Shown here: in pieces, positions 55,951-64,000 of the stretch | Layout of the letters: each line of letters opens with the position of its first letter | How positions within the stretch are numbered: position 1 is the first letter of the stretch | DNA from: Bigelowiella natans CCMP2755 | Taxonomy: Eukaryota; Protista; Cercozoa | Direction: 5' to 3' | Length of the DNA: 64,000 nt | Assembly: GCA_000320545.1 (NCBI GenBank) | Contig: ADNK01002618.1 | Coordinates: 62,001-126,000, forward strand | Made by a program: the position numbers and the translations under genes | Notes under the pieces: generated by a model | What the model was told of the DNA's origin: nothing | Database searches by the model: none | The model's input: only the letters and a program-made list of their open reading frames with translations

Positions 55951-57166
55951 GGAAGGAAGAATGAGAAGAAGGAAGGAAGAAGAAGGATGACAGCCAGTGA
56001 CGCAGCAGACCATGCTGGCATGGAGCACACTTGCAAGCACACCCCACATTTCATTTCCCAACCACAACAAGTAGCAAAAATTGCGAAATGCGCAACATGA
56101 AAATTTGCCCACTGGCGACCCACTGCTGAACTGAACAGCTAGAATGACATGGTGAAAATCACAGGCACATCACATGTCTTTTGTGAAAACAATGCTTGTC
56201 AAAAATGACACAGCAAATAAAAAGATCATCGCTAGAGCATTGCGCCATTGCCTACATCGCCCCATTGCCCATGTCGCGCACATTTTCGCCGCTGTTAGCT
56301 AGCTGTGATGCGTCCTTGTAATCATTTCTGTCACATTGATGCCAACAACCCAGAACTCTGCTAGCTCGAGAATGAGAGCCTTGTCTTCAAAGCTACTCAC
56401 AAACGAAATGCTGTGATGAGCTTCACCACCATCTGAGCTTTTGCAACGTGCATTGTGATGTCCTCTGCATCACAGACACAGTGATGATGTCATTACATGT
56501 CCATCATCTGTGATGTGATCTAGTGATCATCGTGTTCAACGCAATCATCAAAGTGATGAAACACTGGGACTTGAGAAATTGATTGCGCAAAGCCCAGCTG
56601 CAGCACTTGTCAATGTCAATGCCATTGCCAACAGCAGCATCATTACTCATTCTGCCAACAACAGCAGTTCAGGATGTGCTTCATTCACTTTCAATACTTC
56701 ATCATTGAAAGTGCTCACGCATATCTGTTACACACATTACCCATGTGCAAGTTGATGTGTGTATATGCATGTGCAAGTTTGTGTGTGTGGTTAGCAGTGT
56801 TCCGCATCGTGTTTTGTGAAAGAGGATGTGCTTTGTGGAATTATAGGAGCAGAAGCTAAAACAATGTCCCACTGTACACAAAGCAGGTGTATATATTTTT
56901 ATAATATCGCTTTCGTGACATCTCCGACAAACTCGTCTGTTTCCGGTCGAGCTGTGGCAGATGTTTTAAGTTCTACTAAGATTGGATACATTTTTGCAGC
57001 ATGACTTCAGTAATACATTTGTACCCCAATTATTCTACACCTTGAGAAATGCTCTCACCGCAGAATACTGCTAGTATCTTGGCAATTTTTACAAATATAT
57101 CCCAGCCGCAGCAAACAAGCCCGTAGATAACCTAATGGCGTGTAATACCAAACTACTGCTGCTTAT

Positions 57167-57795
57167 TTACTTAGCTAATTTGACGTGCGGTAAGCAACCC
57201 TGCACGTTGGAAATATCTGCCTTTTCAATCACTCTTTTGTCCCCAAGTCTCATCTTATTCTTACGAGACATTTTCGTGTTCAGGTGCTGCTTTCCTGCTT
57301 GCTTGGAAAGGACCTTGCCACCAGATGTGACCTTAAAGCGCTTTGCGGCAGCCTGTGATGTAAAAAGTAAGTGAATGCCTACAGTCGCAACAACAGAAAT
57401 AATTTTATGAATATGCAGTGGTGTCATCACCTTTCTCGTCTTAGCAACTCCACGGAATGCAGAAGCGGATACATCTACATAGTCGGACCCAAGTAAGTGA
57501 TATGTGTTTGAGAGATCATTCTACCAGTTCTTGATTCGTAACGTTATATATGATTCGTACTCGAAAATAAGTACTCAATTCCGATCGCAATAAATTTATT
57601 TGTTCTAAGTACGATGTTCTCATAACCTCTTCCATTGAAGACGGGGGTGTGCATAGCAGAAAGGGAATTGAACGAGGTACGCATTGCGACAGGTGCACCG
57701 ACGTCCCCGGTAGTACCCCACGTCATGCAGACGATCCCCAAAAGGAGAATGACGTTCAGCAGGCAAGAAGCCACTATGAAGCTAGAGCTAGACAT
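57167..57795 (-). CDS. rpl35: Nucleus-encoded plastid 50S ribosomal protein L35 with bipartite targeting leader, 3 exons
   Basis: [40 protein letters not shown] is bL35. Leader MSSSSFIVASCLLNVILLLGIVCM (signal peptide) is followed by a Ser/Thr/Arg-rich transit-like region. Confidence 0.92.
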
Positions 57796-58502
57796 AATTT
57801 GATGATAAATGAGATGAGTAGAGGGGGAGGGTGTGGCCCTGGGGTATTCCGTGAGAAAACTTGAGACGCTTTGTAATTTAGGTATAAGACATAAAATATT
57901 TCATGTCTCTCTCTTAAAATATAGGGTAACATTGACGGTGCTGCGTAGACTTACTCTGTCTGAGCGGCAACTTCGCGATTTTAATTTCTCGGTATATATC
58001 CGAGAAGGTGAGCACACGGGTGATTCTCAAGAGTTTTGGATGCCGGGCGTGCGAGCGTAGAAAAAACGGCTTGATTCTGTGAAACAACCGACGGGCACTT
58101 CGTAGAGGCGACAGGACAAATTTTGGAGAAGTGGGTACCTAAATGTCCGTCCCAAACAGTACGATTCAGATTGTAACAGCGTTGAGGCATTGGTTGAATT
58201 TCTTATGGATTTTGGTCTGGAGCTCGCAACACCCCACCAACAACATGTCTCTAGTTTCAATCGATCTTTGTCGCATAATGAGAATGTATTCGATTTCAGT
58301 ATATATTGTTCTACAAGTTATTGTCGCATAGTGAATTTCGAAGATAAGCTGCAACAACGAAACACGCCACCCCTTCCCTTCCCCCAATCAGAATCTTATA
58401 GCCTGGCACGGGGAAGGACGCAACAGGTATAAAATTCATACTAGTTCTCTGCTTCCTTACTTATCTTTCTATTCCACAATATGCTAAGGAATAGGGTGAG
58501 AA

Positions 58503-61500
58503 ATGGAGAATTACGAATGCCTGGGGCAGATTGGGGAGGGCACATATGGTCTCGTCCTCAAGGCCAGGCATCGTATCACCGGCCAAATAGTTGCTATAAA
58601 GAAGTTCAAGGAATCAGATCAAGATGAACAGGTCCGAAAGACAGCGCTGCGTGAGATCCGAATCTTAAAGCAGCTCAAACATGCCAATATTGTCACTCTG
58701 CATGAAGTCTTCCGAAAGAAGGGAAGACTGTACCTAGTTTTTGAATATGTCGATGGGACCATCTTGGAGCTCATGGAGCGTAGCCCCGATGGACTAAACC
58801 GCTTGCAGGCAAAGAAGTGCCTCTACCAGCTCCTAAAATCGCTCGAATGCATCCACGCAAGCAACATAGTGCATCGCGACATCAAGCCCGAGAACCTGCT
58901 AGTCTCGCGTAACGGCGTGCTAAAGCTCTGTGACTTCGGGTTTGCAAGAAATCTAGGTCGACCGGGAGCCAAATACACTGACTATGTCGCCACGCGCTGG
59001 TACCGTGCGCCTGAGCTGCTAGTTGGCGACGAAGAGTATTCGACACCCGTGGACGTTTGGGCGGTGGGTTGCCTCTTTGGAGAAATTTCAAACGGAGCGC
59101 CCTTATTCCCAGGGGAATCGGACTTGGATCAACTCTACCACGTCATGCGCTGCCTCGGGGCGCTGCCGAAGCGTCACCAAGAGTTATTTCGCAGAAACCC
59201 GCTTTACGAAGGCACGTGCTTGCCAGAAGTTAAAGAAAGTGATCCCCTTGAAGATCGCTTTTCAACGCTCGATCCCGCCGCCCTTACCCTAATGAAATCA
59301 TGCCTTAAATGTGAACCTAAGGATCGTCAAACTGTCAGCCAGCTTCTGGAGCATCCATATTTCAATGGCTTCAAGGAGTGGTAATTTAACGCGAAATCAT
59401 CGATAGAACTTTGTAGTGCGGAATCTTAAGATTGAATCGATCAGATTGTCAAACGATATTCCATTGTTTTCCTCTTGCGATTGTGTGGAACAAACTTTGC
59501 AAATATATCACTCGACTATGGTTTATTTCCCCATTTTTTGGTTGCCTTTTTAGAATGAGAATGAGTGTCTATTTGGCTGCAGCGTCTCAGCCCGCTGTGG
59601 GTTATTTCCCGTCATATTTCTATTTCGATGAAGTCCTGCTCGGCGCCCTCCCATACACCTCACCCTCACTTTTTCCTCTCCTCCCCTTCTTTATGCCTTT
59701 GTCCAAACTATATCGCGCATATATTCAGGTACGAGATTGAACACAAGAAATGTGTGGAGAAGGACCGTACTGACGCGTTAGAAGCATCCGCCAGAGTGCT
59801 CAAGGCTCGCGCAAGGAGAAAAGAGCGAGAGGCAGAACGTCGCCGGCGTAAACGTGAAAGGCTGGCATCGATAAGCTCCATGAACATGCAGGAAGACCAT
59901 TCCTCCGGGTTCCTGCATTCATCCTCCTCCACTTCCAACCTCCCCGCAACCCTCCCCGCCCAACTTCTTCCCCCACGCGCTCTCACCAACAACCACCACC
60001 ATTACCACCACCAGCAGCATCAGCAGCAGCATTCAAATGGCGGCCTTGGCGGCAGCAATAACAGCAGCTCCAACGCCTCGTCGAATAGCCACCATCACCA
60101 CCATCACCATCACCACCACCACCACCACAAACACCACCACCACAGCTCCACAAATGACACACACAGTAATGGCGGATATCACAATGTGGGGGGCGGCAGC
60201 AGTAACAACAAGGGTAGCAGCAATAGTAATAACAGCGGTAACAGCAGTTCCAACAACAATAGCACTAGTAACAACGGCAGCGGAGTTGGCGGGGGGGGTG
60301 CGACGTTCTACTTCCCGACAGCGACAGGTACTGTAATTAGAGAGAGAGAGAGAGGTAACACAAACACACTTTATCAAGAACTCTCCATTTCCTTTATCCC
60401 CTCCTACCCCCCATCATTCACTTCCATGATTTTGCTTTCACCAACTGCGCGACGCGCAACCCACAACACATAAACATGAGAGGTGATTGCTAACGTTAAT
60501 GATGATGCTGCCAGCAGGGTATTCGTCCCATCCACAACCAATCGGCCCATCTCGCAAAGCGGGATCAAAAGCATCGACGAGCGGATATCATGGCGGCCAC
60601 CACCACCTTCACCCCCATCACCACCACCACCATCATCATAATAATCATCATCATCACCACCATCACAGCTCATCGAAGCCCCAGAAGCAAATTCTGAAAA
60701 GAGACCATTCCCCAGAGGTAACGATAGAAAGCTACTGTAAAATCATCGAGTGTCGGGCGAGTGAATCCGGACGTTATTCGACTTTAGCCAGCCATCCCCG
60801 CACCCTATTCCCTTGTCCATCTTTTGCTTCTTGAGCCGTTTGCCATACGACATCATAAAATGCGAATGTTTTCCCTGGAGTAGGTTATTTGCCGATTTCT
60901 CGAAACACTAACATTATTGTAATTCATGCTTCAGTTCCGCACGCGGAGGGGGGGGATCGGTCGCCAGGTCACATTCACGGAGCCCATATCGAGCCATACG
61001 AGCAATCCCAAGCGAAAATTGAGCTACGGGTCCAATGGCATGATGAGCCATCATCACCACCATCTCTCTATCAACGTTACGCGTGCAAGCATAGGAAGTC
61101 GGGGAAACATCGGCAGCGTTGCAGGTGATAGTGACGATGATAATGATGATGATGATGATGAGGAGGAGGAGGAGGAGGAGAGTGAAAATGATGGTAGTGT
61201 GATAGGTTAGGTGTAGATTGCAATGATCCTCAATATATATATATATATATATATATATGCTCAATTATGCATGGAATTCTCAGGCGCCAATCAGCGAAAT
61301 GCCATAGGAAGCAGAGCAGGTAGTAATTGCCATCGCAGGCAACAACAGAGGAGAAGAAGAAGAAGAAGAAGAAGAAGAAGACAATGATGATGAGGAGGAG
61401 GAGGACGATGATGAGAAGGATGATGATTATAAGAAATGCCATGCGCTTCCATCATCTCTTCCAGCAAACTTGCAGTTCGTAATCGATTTTATATACACAC

Positions 61501-62257
61501 CGTAGGTGTGGGAAGCCGAGGCGGGATCGGCAGCAGGGCGGGTGTGGGCAGTCGGTCCGGCGGGGGGGTGGCAGTTTCAGTGCAGGGAACTTCACTAGGC
61601 CTCCCCACACTAACCCCAATAACTCCGCTGGTATTATTTAGCTCGTGGCCAATGAATGGTGCAGAGTTTGTGCGCGCGTGCGTGTGCTGTGCGGTGTGTG
61701 TGTGTAATATGCCACCGTGGGCTAAAAAGGGTTGTTATTAGTACAGGTATTTGAATGGAGGGGGGAGAGGAAAGGGGTGGTCATTGCGCTGTTGGTTGCA
61801 GCACTTTTAAACAAATCAACCAGCACAGGCTTCCACTAACGCACTCATCGATTTTTTCCTTCCACTCAGGTCGCCCTGCCCACCCTGGCCGGGGAGTCGA
61901 GCATGCACACAGGCGGCGGTGGGGGGGGGGGGAAGACGAACAACCGTGAGGATTCGTTCCACATCCCGCACCTCCAAGGGAAAAAGGATGGGGGTGGTAC
62001 TATTGGGGGAAGCGATCAGCAGCCACAACATGCATGGCGATTAGCCCATCAAGGAGCTGCAGGTGGCAATGGGGGGGAGAGCACCCTCCCCACCGTTCCC
62101 TCTGTGAGCAGCAATTCGGATCTGCCGCTGGGGGGGGGCTCTTTGAACCACTTTTTGAATGAGGGAAAGTCCAAACGCTCTATTCCTCAAAAACAAATAG
62201 GTGCTACTGCTGCTGATGCTGCTCTTGCGGTTGCTTGGTGATGTATATATCATTGAC

Positions 62258-62300
<43 letters not shown>

Positions 62301-62410
62301 AAAACCTTTCCGATTGGTATCATGATGTATCAGGTCGGAGCAACATCTCTGTGTCGCCAGCGCTCTTAGTATACAACGCGTCCAAGCAAGAATTGTAATA
62401 CAATGAGATA

Positions 62411-62462
<52 letters not shown>

Positions 62463-62463
62463 A

Positions 62464-62539
<76 letters not shown>

Positions 62540-62686
62540 AGAGAGAGAGAGAGGGAGAGAGGGAGGGAGAAAGGGGGGGGGGGGGAAGCGCGGGGTAGGT
62601 CATTCCTCAATACTTTACTGGACGACAAAGTGCTTACATGAATGTATACCCAATTCTTAGGTATAACGCGGTCCCAAGCAAAGTAA
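58503..62686 (+). CDS. Cyclin-dependent kinase-like (CDKL family) kinase with long low-complexity tail; 3' end approximate
   Basis: GEGTYG, KKFKESDQDEQVRKTALRE, HRDIKPEN, LCDFGFAR and YTDYVATRWYRAPE (TDY loop). His/Asn/Gly/Ser-rich downstream exons. Confidence 0.93.
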
Positions 62687-63069
62687 AGTTTAAGCAGAAA
62701 TCTTTTTATGCGAATCGATTTGTCAATATGAAGCGATTCTGAGTTCAAATTAATAGCCAGCGACCAGTACATTGTTAGTAAGCAGCATTAAGTCTCGCGA
62801 GTGTTGTTAATTTTTTACAACATATGACACTCAAAGCTGCACTGCCTCTCAAGTATGCGCACCTAGTACAATAACTTGCTGAAAAGCATTGTGTCATGCC
62901 TTTTCCGTGCGTTGATGAGCCAATGGCTTCAAAAATGCTCTCCGGTGGCAGTTGCTGGTCCTTGCTGTCATCATTCGTGTCTTCCATTTGTAGCTCGCAT
63001 CTGCAAACACGCGCACGTGGCGACACGCCACGCACATGTAAGAATCATGGTTGCCTTGTTGTTGCTCTA

Positions 63070-64000
63070 ATCATGCACGCACAGGCTCACAGCAATGCAT
63101 CTCCGGAACCCAATGTGCACATGCACGCAGCGCAAGTTCACAACAGTCATCAGAATTCAAACAGACGCAGAACTGCGTGTTGACTCTTGGTGACATCAAC
63201 AACAGTCCCGCGCAAAAAGCTGAGCAGCCACCGCAAGCCCGCTGAAAGGTCATGAGCCTCAACAGACCCCACCATTCGGACCTTGGATTCGGCCAAGAAC
63301 AAGATTTTGGCATGCTTGGACCTCCATTCTGTTGACAAAAAGGACTTGGGGGAGGTCAGGTCGGCGGCCGCCTTCGCTGTGGAGTTCTTGGGCAGGCTAG
63401 CAGGTGCCACCGATGTGGGAAAACAGGCCACAAACGCCGAGACTGCCCGTTCAAGAAAAAGTCGGAGGACCGGGATTCGAAAGGAAAACCGGAAAAATCC
63501 GAGAAGGGAAATTGTTGGCAAGCCGAGTTTTTCGCGGGCTTCCAAATCCGATTTCAAGGCCGTCAAATTCTCAAACTTGGTGGATCGTGGGGATGGGCAA
63601 TCTTCGAAATGGGCTTTTGGGAACACCTTTGAGTCCTTGCAACGAGTGTTGTTGAGGCTCGTGCACATTGCATGGCCACACATTGCACAGCCACACATTG
63701 GATGCATGGAATGCCAACATTGAACAAACTTGAACACTTCATCACATCCGTCTCGTGCACACACCAGTCTGCCACTGATTCTGATGTGAATCATTGCGAG
63801 CTCACTTGCGCCAAACGAAGTGTGTCATTGCTGCTTGATCGTGTGAATTTTGCAACAAGTGCAAGCACGTGCAGATTGCAAAACGTGGAAAAGAACTTGG
63901 TGAACATCCTGCCAATCATCACAATCCAGCAACGCCAAATCTCAAAAAAAGCCGCTTTCATCAACGCTTGTGCATGTGTGCTCTCGTGTGGCATCATTCA
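63070..64000. other. TpA-erased intergenic island (core, runs off the window end)
   Basis: 931 bp with a single TpA, in CTAG at 63397. Manual count. Confidence 0.9.
63280..63632 (+). mobile_element. Degenerate LTR-retrotransposon (probably Ty1/copia) Gag remnant
   Basis: 63405-63446 reads CHRCGKTGHKRRDC, a perfect CX2CX4HX4C knuckle, followed by basic PFKKKSEDRDSKGKPEK. An adjacent frame gives TLDSAKNKILAC...SAAAFAVE, resembling the pre-knuckle Gag helix. Frameshifts and stops are present. Confidence 0.7.

Larger units (their letters stand above)
55377..56071. other. TpA-erased intergenic island (core; weaker depletion continues to about 56690)
   Basis: 695 bp with 6 TpA, all in CTAG. Manual count. 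Confidence 0.85.

Noticed and set aside
63150-63794. 214-aa minus-strand ORF and other Cys/His-rich ORFs in the islands (3779-4463, 25783-26618, 38144-38668, 55678-56123)
   Set aside because: Loss of TAA/TAG stop codons inflates ORF length. The ORFs have no Tyr and no domains, so they are artefacts of TpA erasure.

Overview
Eukaryotic nuclear DNA (about 45-50% GC by eye, GT-AG introns throughout, gene-dense). It is most likely from a chlorarachniophyte alga. This is inferred from a nucleus-encoded plastid ribosomal protein L35 with a signal peptide plus transit peptide leader. About 17 intron-containing genes can be read: NTPCR-like NTPase, PP2C, VAC14, an ankyrin protein, lumazine synthase, a phosducin-like protein, GPATCH3-like, a C2H2 zinc finger protein, a P2A-type Ca-ATPase, a ricin-B lectin protein, a PB1-UBA protein, a MAP2K, RETSAT-like, rpl35, a CDKL kinase and three hypothetical genes. 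The most striking signal is non-coding. Kilobase-scale intergenic islands, nearly all starting just past gene 3' ends, have almost lost the dinucleotide TpA. A manual count over four cores totalling about 3.4 kb found 18 TpA, 17 of them inside CTAG. CpG and ApT are kept and CA/TG are abundant. One island holds a decayed LTR-retrotransposon Gag with a CCHC knuckle. Fossil (TA)n microsatellites and diverged tandem duplicates are consistent with the changes TA->CA/TG and TA->TC/GA. This suggests a RIP-like but chemically opposite, TpA-directed hypermutation or base-modification system that spares CTAG. No enzyme for it is evident in this window. Exon boundaries were read by eye, and gene ends are approximate where stated.
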